Source of the DNA: Stegostoma tigrinum
Taxonomy: Eukaryota
Direction: 5' to 3'
DNA: 64,000 bases
Assembly: GCF_030684315.1 (NCBI RefSeq)
Contig: NC_081384.1
Span: 13,616,818 to 13,680,817, forward strand
Of this stretch, positions 52,506 to 63,845 are shown piece by piece (positions within the stretch are counted from its first letter, which is position 1; every line of letters starts with the position of its first letter). The notes under the pieces are model-generated. The model did not search any database, was not told where the DNA came from, and worked only from the letters and a program-made list of their open reading frames with translations. The translations under genes were made by a program, and so were the position numbers.

Positions 52506-52974
52506 AATGTGGGAAAAAGCAAGAATTGTTTTTGGGGCTTTTTTTCTTTACTTCAATAGAAAATGTCAAATTATCGAGGTGATTCAAAGGCATCTTTTGA
52601 AAGGCTGTTGGGTAAGTGTCTGCAAAGAAATACTCTGTTCCACTTTGGCATAAGATCAGAGATCTGGTATGAATGGGATTGGTTTTTTCAAAATATTAAT
52701 CTTGGGTGCCCCAGTGGGCATGGTGTTCTCCTGCCTGATACCACATCGCCAGAGGAAGCAGCAGAGACAAGTGTAATTACAGCATTTAAACATTTGGATG
52801 AATACATGAACAGGAAAAGGTTTGGAGGGATATGGGCCAAACGCAGGCAAGTGGGACCAATTTAGCTTGGGAAGTACGGTCAGTGTAAACTAGTTGGACC
52901 GAAGGTTCCGTTTCTGTGCTGAATGACTCTATGGCATTATGTCAGTAGTTTATTGGTCAATTTCTATATTTTAA

Positions 52975-53333
52975 AAATTTGTTCACCGAATGAGGGCATT
53001 GCTGGCCAGGCCAGCATTTATTGCCCATCCTTAATTGCTCAGAGGGGAGTTAAGAGTTAACTACATTGCTGAGGGTTTGGAGTCACATGTAGGCCAGAGC
53101 AGGTCAGGTTGTCAGCTTCTTTCCCTAAAGGACATTGGTGAACTGGAGGGATATCCCCAAAAATTAACAATGGCTTCATGGTCATCATTAGATTTTTAAT
53201 ATAAGGGTTTTTTTTTTTGCCTTGAATTCAAATTCTACCACTTGCCATGGCAGGATTCGAACCTGGGTTTCCAGAACATTACCTGGGTCTCTGCATTAAT
53301 AGTCCACCAATAAGAGCACGAGACCATTGCTCC
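52975..53333 (-). mobile_element. tRNA-derived SINE, same family as 48525-48873
   Basis: B box ggttcgaatcc on the minus strand; collinear with the other copy. Confidence 0.75.
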
Positions 53334-53842
53334 CTCTATAAATTGTCTATAGACTTTAACTGTGTTGAAGAGCACAGCAGCTTAAACTGGAAACATATCT
53401 TCATGCATATAATTTATTTTGAAGATGAGGGGACATACTTTTCAGGTGAGAGGAGAAAGATTTAAAAGGATATGAGGGGCACTTTTTTCTACACACATTG
53501 TGTTCGTGTGTGGAATGTTGAGGCAAATGGGTCAAGTGCAGGCAGGTGAGACTAGTTTAGTTTAAGATTATAGGTTGAAGTGGATTGATCGGGCCAAAGA
53601 GTATGTTTCCATACTGTGTGATTCTTTGACTCAAGTGGTTGAGTTACATCACATTGAGCCCTCTTTCTAAGAGTAAAAGGAAGCAAGTGCTGAAATTTTG
53701 CATTTCATAATATTTTTGTTTTATTTAGTGGACAAACTGAATCGGGGATATTACTGCCTCAAAATGTTTATTTTCATCATGCATTTGTTTTAATTTTATG
53801 TATTTTTATCACACATGCAAATAACATGACAGTGATCAATTC

Positions 53843-53932
53843 AAGATAATAAAATGTGAGGCTGGATGAACACAGCAGGCCAAGCAGCATCTTAGGAGCA
53901 CAAAAGCTGACGTTTCGGGCCTAGACCCTTCA
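53843..53932 (-). mobile_element. Penelope pLTR fragment
   Basis: Nearly identical to the left arm of 46457-46655. Confidence 0.75.
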
Positions 53933-54056
53933 ATTCCCTAAGATTAGGAAAACAAGATTCGGCATTACAATATCCATAAATTTTCTAAATTCACAATAAA
54001 TTGGTATTCAATGTCTATTTTCCCTTTCCTGTTCCCCACTTCCTTCCCACTGTCCT

Positions 54057-54167
54057 CACAGACAGTAAGAACTTTCTGACGTAGGTCCTGACCCAAAACA
54101 TCAAATTTCCTGTTCCACTGATGCTGCCTGAGCTGCTGTGTGCCTCCAGCTCCACACTGTGTTATTT
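54057..54167 (+). mobile_element. Old Penelope pLTR fragment inserted into the 3' end of hsp30 copy 12
   Basis: TSD cttcccact(g/c)tcct at 54043-54056 and 54168-54181. It supplies the stop codon of copy 12. Confidence 0.75.
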
Positions 54168-54785
54168 CTTCCCACTCTCCTGTTTCTTTGTCTCTTGGTC
54201 AGGAATGAGCCGAGGAGTGGCTGTCGTGTCTGAGGTGATGTTGATGGGCACGGTCTGTTCATTCACAGCTGGCAATGCCAGGCTTGGGGCTTGAACCTTT
54301 AACCGACCATCCTGTGACAAACAGCATCGAAGAGCTTCAGCATCGACATCCTCTGGCAGCTGGAATTCTCTCCTGAACTCTTCATATTTGTAGCTGGAAG
54401 AGCCACTGCCATCATCACATTTCTTCTTGTGTTTTCCTGTCACCAGCACTTTTCTTCCAAATACTTTCACCCTCAGTTCTTCTGGGGAGAAGTGCTGCAC
54501 ATTCAGGAACACAGAAAACCCATCTCCATCCTTCTCCAAGGATTGTCCTTTACCTTCTCCGATACTGTCAGGTTTGTTATCCTGAATTTTTGGTACTTCC
54601 CTGAAAAATTCTGCTGTCAGCTCCTCAAGGACTTGATTCATGAAGTCCATGCTCTTTCTCGCTTCTTCCACCTGTTTCCACACATGACATTGAAGCGGCT
54701 CCCAGAGCCTGTGTTCAACAGACCCCAATGTGTACACAGGCTGCTGACACAGGTGTGAAGGATGGAAAGACCGATAGCTCAGCAT
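54162..54785 (-). CDS. hsp30: Inverted HSP30-like copy 12 (207 aa, tail shortened by TE insertion)
   Basis: Open frame with complete alpha-crystallin domain, ending QESGKK* inside the TE. Confidence 0.8.
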   Translation of the reverse strand: MLSYRSFHPSHLCQQPVYTLGSVEHRLWEPLQCHVWKQVEEARKSMDFMNQVLEELTAEFFREVPKIQDNKPDSIGEGKGQSLEKDGDGFSVFLNVQHFSPEELRVKVFGRKVLVTGKHKKKCDDGSGSSSYKYEEFRREFQLPEDVDAEALRCCLSQDGRLKVQAPSLALPAVNEQTVPINITSDTTATPRLIPDQETKKQESGKK

Positions 54786-54878
54786 TGTCTCTGCTTCTTC
54801 TCTCACGTCTCTCAAACTGACTGATGTGATCTCCCAGTCGTCAGTCTCTGATCTGCTGCAGCACACAGGACACACACC

Positions 54879-54918
54879 TTATATATTCTACTGCCAGGAA
54901 TCCAGACATTTCCAGAAT
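54879..54918 (-). promoter_or_regulatory. TATA + proximal HSE of copy 12
   Basis: Reverse complement of the array core promoter; near-identity stops at ~54926. Confidence 0.75.
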
Positions 54919-54926
54919 GAGCTAAA

Positions 54927-55635
54927 GCATTTTTTGATTTAGTTTGTTTTGTTATTGTCACATATACCTAGGTACACTGAAGAGTTTTGCTTTGCGTACA
55001 ATACAGGCAGATCATACTATACAAAGTGCATTAGGGTAATAGAACACAGCCAGAAATACCATGTTACAGCTGCAGAGTTGGTGTACAGGTAGTAAGATCA
55101 GCATTAAGTTTGAAATTTGAGAGGCCCATTCAAGAACCTAATAACAACAGGGAAGAAGCTGTTCTGAATCTGTTGGCATATGTTTAAGCAGTTGTGATTT
55201 CTTCCCAATGGAAGAGGTTGGAAGAGATTATAAATAGGCAGGGAGGGAACATTGATGATGTTGGCTGCCTTCTCAAAGCAGCAAGAAGTATGGATGGGGT
55301 CAATGGACAGAAGGTTGGCTTGTGTGACGGACTGGGCTGTGTTCACAATTCTCTGAAGTTTCTTACAGTTCTGGGCAAAGCAGTCGCCGTACCAACACAT
55401 GGTGCATCCTGGTAGAATGTTTTGTACGAAGCTTCTATAAAAATTAGTAAAAGTCTTTACGACGTGCTGAAATTCCTTCATCTCTTGTGGAAGTAGAGGC
55501 GTTGTGCTTTCTTGACAATAGCGTAAAGGTGGGTGGTGCAGGAAAGATTGTTGGTAATCTTCACTCCTAGGAGCTTTACAGTCTCAACCATCTGCCTCAG
55601 CACCACTGATGAAGACAGGGGCAGGCCCTCCTCCT
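54927..55635 (-). mobile_element. Rex1/Babar LINE 3' fragment inserted in the promoter of copy 12
   Basis: ORFs LGVKITNNLS..KKAQRLYF and TNFYRS..CWYG.C....KKLQRIVNTAQ..LPLGR..NSFFP..IRFLN are typical of the Rex1/Babar C-terminus. Confidence 0.75.
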
Positions 55636-56748
55636 TGCTTCCTTTGCTCTGTTTATCATGTCTGTGCTTAAAATAGATGAAATGTCTCAGCTTGTTTATT
55701 TTAAACAGGAACAAATTAACTCAGTGACACACACTGTCAGATCCAGCTTTTTCTGGAATCTATTCAGCACAGATGGGAGGAGTGGCATCAACTTTTGAGA
55801 TATCAATTCTTGTAAATTAAGAACTTCGACTGGAAATTGACATTCAGGCCAGTTTGTTGTGAAATCTATTACATTTCCAAAACTATCCCCTACAGAGCCA
55901 TTAATTCATTTGCTTTGAGCACATGTTTCCGTGCAATGTGTTGCCAAAATGGCTCATTATTATACAATTTTACAACCGTGATTACTTTTATTAATGGCTT
56001 CACTTTGCGCACAGTAACTTAGCATTAATTTCCATAAAACATACAAACTTGAAACAGTATTTGTATGGTGGAGGAACTATAACATTCACTTAATTAAATT
56101 CAAGTTAAGACTTCCACACTAGCTGTGGCACTGCTTACTGCTGTCGGTAGATAGTCTATGTAGAAATGGTAGTACTTAAACTGTCCTCAAAATAATCAGG
56201 GAAGGGAATCAGGAAATGAAGAACTGAAACAATCGGAGCACTTAGACTAGCGGATAATGATGACTCCATGTATGTGCCTGTCACAGTTATTTTTAAATAT
56301 TAGACGAGATTAATAAATAGATGCGGAGAGTTCAGAAATCAGAGTTGAGCAAATCTGCAGCGTCACGGTACTACCAATAAAAGTCAAGTCAACTCATTTA
56401 TTGGTTAATTATTAGTGTATGGCATGCTGTCAGCTGTTGGAAAGAGCTGCTGACTCAGGGCATTAAGTTAGAAAGTGCAGACTATAAACTAGGCAGAACA
56501 TTCTGCTTCTGATTGATATCAATACAACTCACAGACCAATATCTGTATTCCTGCTGATGTAATCCGCTGAGACAGCAGTCCCAACAATGAAGACTTCAAA
56601 ATAACAATAATCTAAGGATGATTCTTGAAGACTTTTAATGATAGGGCTGTGACTATTTCGTTTGGCAGCTTGCTCCATTGTGGAATTGTCCTTGGGGGAG
56701 AAGAGAAGAGTTGATACACTGCATTAGAAACAAATTGTGTCCTTGCAG

Positions 56749-56880
56749 AGATAGTAGGAACTGCAGATGCTGGAGAATCTGCGATAACAAGGTGTAGAGC
56801 TGGATGAACAGCAGGCCAAGGGGCACCAGAGGAGCAGGAAGGTTGACAGTTCAGGCCTAGACCCTAGCCTTCCTCTTCCC
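56749..56880 (-). mobile_element. Penelope pLTR fragment
   Basis: Matches 478-600; perfect 14-bp TSD ttgtgtccttgcag at 56735-56748 and 56881-56894. Confidence 0.8.
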
Positions 56881-57847
56881 TTGTGTCCTTGCAGTTTGTG
56901 GGGATGGCTACTTTGTGGTTTTTGACAACTCCTATAAGTCCACACCCTGTTTTAGAGAACATGATCAGAAGACTCTCTCTTTTCAGTGCTATAATAATTC
57001 CTATTCCTAATCTTTGCTCAAGGATGTAACACTGGGACAATGATTCAATCTTATTTATATTCCTCACTGTATAGAGATTCTTCACAGCTTGCATATCCAA
57101 CATCCTGGTGCACTATTTTCCACAGTCAGTTATAAAGTAAGCACATGCAATTTTAGCTGTGCAGTCAATAATCATCTAAAACAATCCATCGCTAATGATT
57201 TTATAATTATTAAACAAAACGTTCAAATATTTTTAGGAAACCATTTTCCTATTGTTGCTGCAGTTACTGTCAGGCAAATTGTCATTTTGCATCTTGATTG
57301 CTTAGGCAGTAATAATCCAGAAGGATTACCTCAGCAAAAAAAAAAAATGCCACACAAGAGCACATCAGCACTTCTAGGCAACAATGAGAGCGAGTGTAAA
57401 ACGTGAATTATTTTCATCTGTCCGTGATACTCACATTTGCAGCATTTACTTCCTATTTAGACCTCTGATTAACCAGCTACTTAATTCATGGACCAACCAT
57501 TGCTACTGTCGGGGTGAGCTCTACCTGTCCATACAAAGTGACCCATACCTGCTTTAATCCAAAGCGGCCCATGTTTGAAAGACATAAAATGGCCAACGAC
57601 CATCAAAACAAAATGGACAACCTGCTCCCACATTTAAGTGAAACTCAATGGTACCTTTGAACAAGACTACGCCAAGATTAGCAAAACTGCCTTTCCAACA
57701 ATCATCCAAGACAGTTTTAATAAGAGAATGTCTAAGAACAGATAAGGGATTAATTCCAGCCTCATTAAAGAAAAGATGATCATCCCAGTAAATGAATAAC
57801 ACCAGGTGCAGTTCTCAACCCTTGAACCAGTCAAGATTAACTCCCTA

Positions 57848-59631
57848 GATAACAGTGTGGAGCTGGATGAACACAGCAGGCCAAGCAGCATCTCAGGAGC
57901 ACAAAAGCTGACATTTCAGGCCTAGACCCTTCATCAGAGAGGGGGATGGGGTGAGGGAACTGGAATAAATAGGGAGAGAGGGGTGGCGGACCGAAGATGG
58001 AGAGAAAAGAAGATAGGTGGAGAGGAGAGTATAGGTGAGGAGGTAGGGAGGGGATAGGTCAGTCCAGGGAAGAGGGACAGGATGAGGTGGTAGGTAAGAA
58101 ATGGAGGTGTGGCTTGAGGTGGGAGCAAGGGATGGGTGAGAGAGAGAACAGGTTAGGGAAGCTGAAACAGGCTGGGCTGGTTTTGGGACGCAGTGGGGAA
58201 AGGGGATGAACTGGGCTGGTTTTGGGATGCAGTGGGGGATGGGGGAGATTTTGAAGCTTGTGAAATCCACATTGATACTATTGGGCTGCAGGGTTCCCAA
58301 GCAGAATATGAGTTGCTGTTCTTGCAACCTTTGGGTGGCATCATTCATGGGCCTCCTGCAGTGCCACATGGACATGTTATCCGAGGAATGGGAGGGGGAG
58401 TTGAAATGGTTCGTGACTGGGAGGTGTAGTTGTTTATTGCGAACCGAGCAGAGGTGTTCTTCAAAGCGGTCCCCAAGCATCCGCTTGGTTTCCCCAATGT
58501 AGAGGAAGCCACACCGGGTGCAATGGATACAATATACCACGTTGGCAGGTGTGCAGGTGAATATCTGCTTAATATGGAAGGTCATCTTGGGGCCTGGGAT
58601 GGGGGTGAGGGAGGAGGTTTGGGGGGAAGAGTAGCACTTCCTGCGGTTGCAGGGGAAGGTGCTGGGTGTGGTGGGGTTGGAGGGGAGTGTGGAGCGGACA
58701 AGGGAGTTGCGGAGAGAGTCTTCTCTCCAGAAGGCAGACAAGGGTGGGGATTGAAATATGGCTTGGGTGGTGGGGTCGGATTGTAGATGGCGGAAGTGTC
58801 AGAGGATGATGCGTTGTATCCGGAGGTTGGTGGGGTGGTATGTGAGAACAAGGGGGATCCTCTGGGGGCGGTTGTGGCGGGAGCAGGGTGTGAGGGATGT
58901 GTTGCAGGAAATGCGGGAGATGTGGTCAAGGGCATCCTCGAACACTGCGGGGGGAAAGTTGCGGCCCTTGAATAACGTGGACATCTGGGATTTGCGGGAG
59001 TGGAATGCCTCATCCTGGGTGCAGATGCGGTGGAGGCGGAGAAATTGGGAATAGGGGATGGAATTTTTGCAGGATGGTGGGTGGGAGGAGGTGTATTCTA
59101 GGTAGCTGTGGGTGTCAGTGGGTTGAAATGGACATCAGTTTCTAGCTGGTTACCTGAGATGGAGACGGAGACTGAGACGGAGACTACTTCCCCCCACTGC
59201 ATCCCAAAACCAGCCCAGCTCGTCCCCTCCCTCCACTGCATCCCAAAACCAGCCCAGCCTGTCTCCGCTTCCCTAACCTGTTCTTCCTCTCACACATCCC
59301 TTCCTCCCACCTCAAGCCACACCTCCATTTCCTACCTATCACCTCATCCTGCCTCCTTGACCTGTCCGTCTTCCCTGGACAGACCTATCCCCTCCCTACC
59401 TCCTCACCTATACTCTCCTCTCCACCTATCTTCTTTACTCTCCATCTTCAGTCTGCCTCCCCCTCTCTCCCTATTTATTCCAGTTCCCTCTCCCCATCCC
59501 CCTCTCTGATGAAGGGTCTAGGCCCAAAACGTCAGCTTTTGTGCTCCTGAGATGCTGCTTTGCCTGCTGTGTTCATCCAGCTTCACACTTTGTTATCTTG
59601 GATTCTCCAGCATCTGCAGTTCCCTTTACCA
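57848..59631 (-). mobile_element. 5'-truncated Penelope-like element (Neptune type) with GIY-YIG domain and inverted pLTR
   Basis: ORF 57893-58741(-) NVVYCIHCTRCGFLYIGETKRMLGDRFEEH (GIY-YIG). Inverted pLTR ~59186-59631. 15-bp TSD aagattaactcccta at 57833-57847 and 59632-59646. Confidence 0.88.
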
Positions 59632-60694
59632 AAGATTAACTCCCTAAGGAGGTGCAAAGACAGCAGCTAAACTTACTTTGTGGTGAATAGTTGCTTCTTT
59701 CAAACTACCTGCAATATTAAATAGACTCTAGTTAAAAATTCCTTAAATCAATAAAGTAGCTTTAACATATAACTAAAGTATAAAAGTATTAGTGGAAAAG
59801 CATTTAAAGTTAATTGCGAAAGTTAGTTAGCCTTAGGAAATGCCTTATCTTATGCCCTGAGCAAGACAGATTGTTTACACCCCGTTAATTACAAAGTGCG
59901 AACAGTAGAAGTAGCTGTACAAATTTACATTTTACAACTAACTTTATAATGGAAATTAATCTTACAGCAATTAGATAAAACTAAACAGTCTTTTGTATTC
60001 TTACAAATATAATTAGGACAGTGGGAAATATTAGCGGAATGGCTAAATTTGATAAAAGAAAGCACACGTAGTACAATGAATAATAGAATTCACACTGGCC
60101 TTAGAGATAAGCAACCCGAGACAGATCCAATGGAATGTAGCCAATAACTTTAGAATGTAAATAAATAGGATGCATAGAAAGATCCCAAATCTTAGAGATT
60201 ACAAGGTCTGTTAAACACCACAAGATCATGGGAGCATGGGGCTGTCCACAGGAATGCCCATAATTGATTAGGTGTCCCACAGGGCTGGGTGTATGGATTA
60301 AGGGGTAAGGATAATGATTACACTATATTTGATTATTATAACAGAAAATGTATTAAATGTTGTATTTTCGTCTGAATTGAGCCAAAAGTTTAGGGAAAAA
60401 TCATTTTCTCATGTCGAGGCTATATTTGAGGAATATCCTTTCGCCCACTCCCTGCATTAACTGATTTCTGCTTGAATAAGCATCTTCCGTTTGCCTGAAC
60501 CCTGCCTGCCTCCTGAGTGTTTGACACTGTTCAGGGTGGTACACTCCACAGGTCACTCCTACAACTGTCTAGAAGAACACCAAGGTTGTTTCCACTCACT
60601 AAGATCTATGCACAAATGCCACAGCTACTGGCAAAGTCAGGGAAGATTAGTTCAGGTCGCGCTACTATAGAAAGTATATTACTAAAGGAGAAAA

Positions 60695-61165
60695 ATGGTG
60701 CAGAAAAGATTTACTAGGATACTACCTAGACTGGAAAGCTTGAGTTAGGAGGAGAGGTTGGATAGGCTGGGACCTTTTCTCCCCTGGATTGTGGGTGGCG
60801 TGGTAGAGGTCTATAAAATCAGAAGAAGCATAGATAAAGGTAGATAGCCAACAGCTTTTCCTCAGGGCAGGGGAGTCAAAAACTAGAGGATAAAGGTTCA
60901 AGGTGAAAGGGAACAGATACAAAAAAGGGTACAGGGGCAATTTTTTCCACAGTGGGTCCAGAATGGGCTGCCAGAAGTAGCGGTGGAAGCGACTACAATT
61001 TTGTCATTTAAGAAACATTTAAACAGGTACATGAATTGGATAGGTATGGTAGGAAATGGACCAAATGCAGGCGAAATGTGATTAGGTTAATTGTGAAAAC
61101 TGGGTGGCATGTGTAAGTTGGCCTGAAGGGCCTGTTTCCATGCTGTAGGCCTCTGACTCTATCCG
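60695..61165 (+). mobile_element. CR1 LINE 3' fragment
   Basis: gtgcagaaaagatttactaggat..gaggttggataggctggg..ggttcaaggtga..gaagggcctgtttccatgctgta..tgactcta, typical CR1 end. Confidence 0.7.
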
Positions 61166-61529
61166 ATGCACAATTAAATGTGGAAATTGGGAAGCTGCTA
61201 CCCAAGACGAATTGCATCATGAGCTTTGGGAAGCAGCATCTTGTTACCTGGCTCTCCATTTAAAAACCTCAGGCAGTGTACAGTTCCTGTGCTTGCACAA
61301 TAAATCCAAAGTACATCCACCACACAATGTGATAAAATTTCATTCCTTATCCAAATATTTTTACATCAACTTGCCTGTAATGGGACTGAAAATTTGCAAT
61401 GTCATTCTTTTGAGTTTGAGATGTTGTTGGATTTCATTTAAATTAGGGCTTTGTTTTGAAACATTTTCTCTCTCAATCTTTCTATGAATGTCTCTATTAC
61501 TTTTCTTATACTTTGGCATCAAGTTCATT

Positions 61530-61920
61530 GCTCTCAAGTGCACTTCAATGCTTGTCTTTGTTAAAACATATTTTTGGAACAGAGACCAAGGAAATCAGGC
61601 CAATAGTCCTGACTGTAATGAGTAGCGTAAAAGACAACTGGAAAACAAGGCCAGAGCTGGTTTATCTCTATATCCGGGCATCCAGTGATTGTGCCTGGAA
61701 GAATTAAAGTTAAAAGTATTTGAAAGAAAAGTACCGACGAGCAGAAAATACAAGAAGCAAAAAGCGTTGGAAGTAGCAAATCTTATAACTACAAATGTGA
61801 ACACTCTGAAGAGAATTCCAGTTGTTAGGAGATGTCAATGATGTAGTGCTGTTTGTCACAGAACAGTCGGTTTATGTTTCAAACCCAATGTTTGGCACTG
61901 CCAGCTGTGAACGAATGACG
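61530..61920 (+). pseudogene. hsp30: Highly decayed hsp30 remnant
   Basis: gaagaattaaagttaaaagtatttgaaagaaaagt..ctacaaat..gagaattccag..tgctgtttgtcaca..ggcactgccagctgtgaacgaa is collinear with the hsp30 CDS, with indels. Confidence 0.75.
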
Positions 61921-62224
61921 AAGAGTGTATTCAGCATCCGATAGCTTTAATATTAAAGCTGATCATCAAAAAGTGATATAGTGATTTTGAGAAGGATGCA
62001 AAGTGAGAGAGAAGATTGGGGAATGGCATTAGGTGCACTGATCATTCAGAAGGCTGGTGTAGCCTTGATTGGCCAAATGTTATAGCACAGAAAGCCAACT
62101 CTTTGAATCATTCCGGCTAGCATCGCGTCTGATCCAGCAGACACCTGCCAATTTAAAATTGGCACAGGGATGTGAGAAAGAATACAATATTAATCCTATT
62201 TAAAAGGAACAGCAGAAATCAGAG

Positions 62225-62505
62225 AATCCCTACAGTACAGAAGTAGGCCATTTGGCCTATTGAGTCCAAACCCTTCGAAGAGCATCCCACCCAGACCCAC
62301 TGCCATATCCTATCCTTGTAACTCTGCAGTTTCCCACAGCTAACCTACCTATCTGCTGGACATGAAAGCATAGCCAATCCATGAAACCTGCACATTTTTG
62401 TTCTGTGGGAGAAAATCAGAACAAACCCACGCAGGCATGGGGAGAACGTGCAAACTCCACACAGGCACCCGACAGTGGAAATGAACTCTGGTCCCTAGCA
62501 CTGAA
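62225..62505 (-). mobile_element. HE1-like V-SINE
   Basis: V-SINE core (aaacccacgcag..ggggagaacgtgcaaactccacacag) and CR1-type tail (gaagtaggccatttggcc). Confidence 0.7.
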
Positions 62506-63344
62506 TGGGAACACTTACAACTGATCAAATGCACACCTGTATCCTGACCCTTGTGTTCACATTTCTAAATCTATATAAATGTTATGTAAGAGTCTAATAA
62601 CCGCTGGATGCTAAATACATTCAATTCAATATTTTTAGTCATTTCCTTCATTGTTCCATATCTTGAAATGAATTGTTTTCACTTTACAGTAAATTGCTCC
62701 ATAGATCTTAACCCTGATCCTAACCTAGCAAAAAGTCACAAACACAATAACCAAGTAATTGAAAGAGACAGGAGTAAAGAAATGATACATTGTTTGAAAT
62801 GCGAAAGTGATATTTAATAAAGAATTCATTAACACAGTGAAACATCCAAGGCTCATCACAGAAGCCTTACCAACACAATTTCTTTTCTAAGGAAATATTA
62901 GGAAAAGTCACCACGAAGCTTAGCCATCCAGCTGGATGTTAGGGTGGATTTTCTGAAAAAAAGGAAGAGGAATGGAAGAGGTTTGAGAAGAAAATTCCAG
63001 ACACTAATACCCAAGCAACTGAAGGCACTGCAACAAATAGGAAAGTGACTAAAACTGGGGATTTGCAAGAGGCTTGAACCAAAGGAACACATGGATCTCA
63101 CAGGAGTGTGTGAATGGAAGACGTTACCGAGATAAGGAGGGAATGAGGTCATACAGGGATAAAATGAGGATGAGAATTTCAAAGTTGAAAGATTGTCAGA
63201 CTGGGTATCAATTTGGCTTGATAAAAGAATCAAGTTTGATTCATTCTTTATATTGTCAAATATTACATTACATACAATACAAAACAAGTTACTCTGGGTT
63301 CAACTTATGTGATGTGCATCAAGAATTCAATGCCTTTAAGGATC

Positions 63345-63845
63345 ATCATAAAAAGCAGGAGGAGGATTAGGCCAGTCAGCCCATTGTCCCTGTCCTGCCA
63401 CTGAACAAATCCATGGTTGACCTGTGTGTCCTTCAATTCATTTTCCAGTCAGCCCATCCATTAACCTTGATGCCCTTATTGGACAGATTTTTGGCCGATG
63501 TAACCTTGAATAAATTCAATGATCCAGTTACCACAGTTCTCTGAAAAAGAGACTTCCAGACATTACTGACCTCACAGGAAAAAAAACTCATTTCCATATT
63601 AAACGTGAGACCCCTTATTTTCAGCATTGACCCTAGCAAGCCTCTATGGCTCTTTTATGTTTCAAATAAAGATCACCTCTCATTCTCCTACATTCCACTA
63701 AGTACAGGCCCAATGTGCTCAACCTTTCCTCAGTCAGAAAACATTTTATTCCTGGAAGCAACCAAGTGGACTTTCTCCAAATTGCCTCCAGTGTAAGATT
63801 ATTCATTCCATTAGAAAACAGACTTAAACTGTACACCGTACTTTC
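63345..63845 (-). mobile_element. CR1 LINE 3' fragment
   Basis: Minus ORFs EERLSTLGLY..RRMRGDL and FF..VSNVWKSL..GIK. Confidence 0.65.

Noticed and set aside
60200-60525. Possible solo LTR ending in ..tttgaCA
   Set aside because: Only weak TATA and poly(A)-like signals; no 5' boundary or TSD could be identified.
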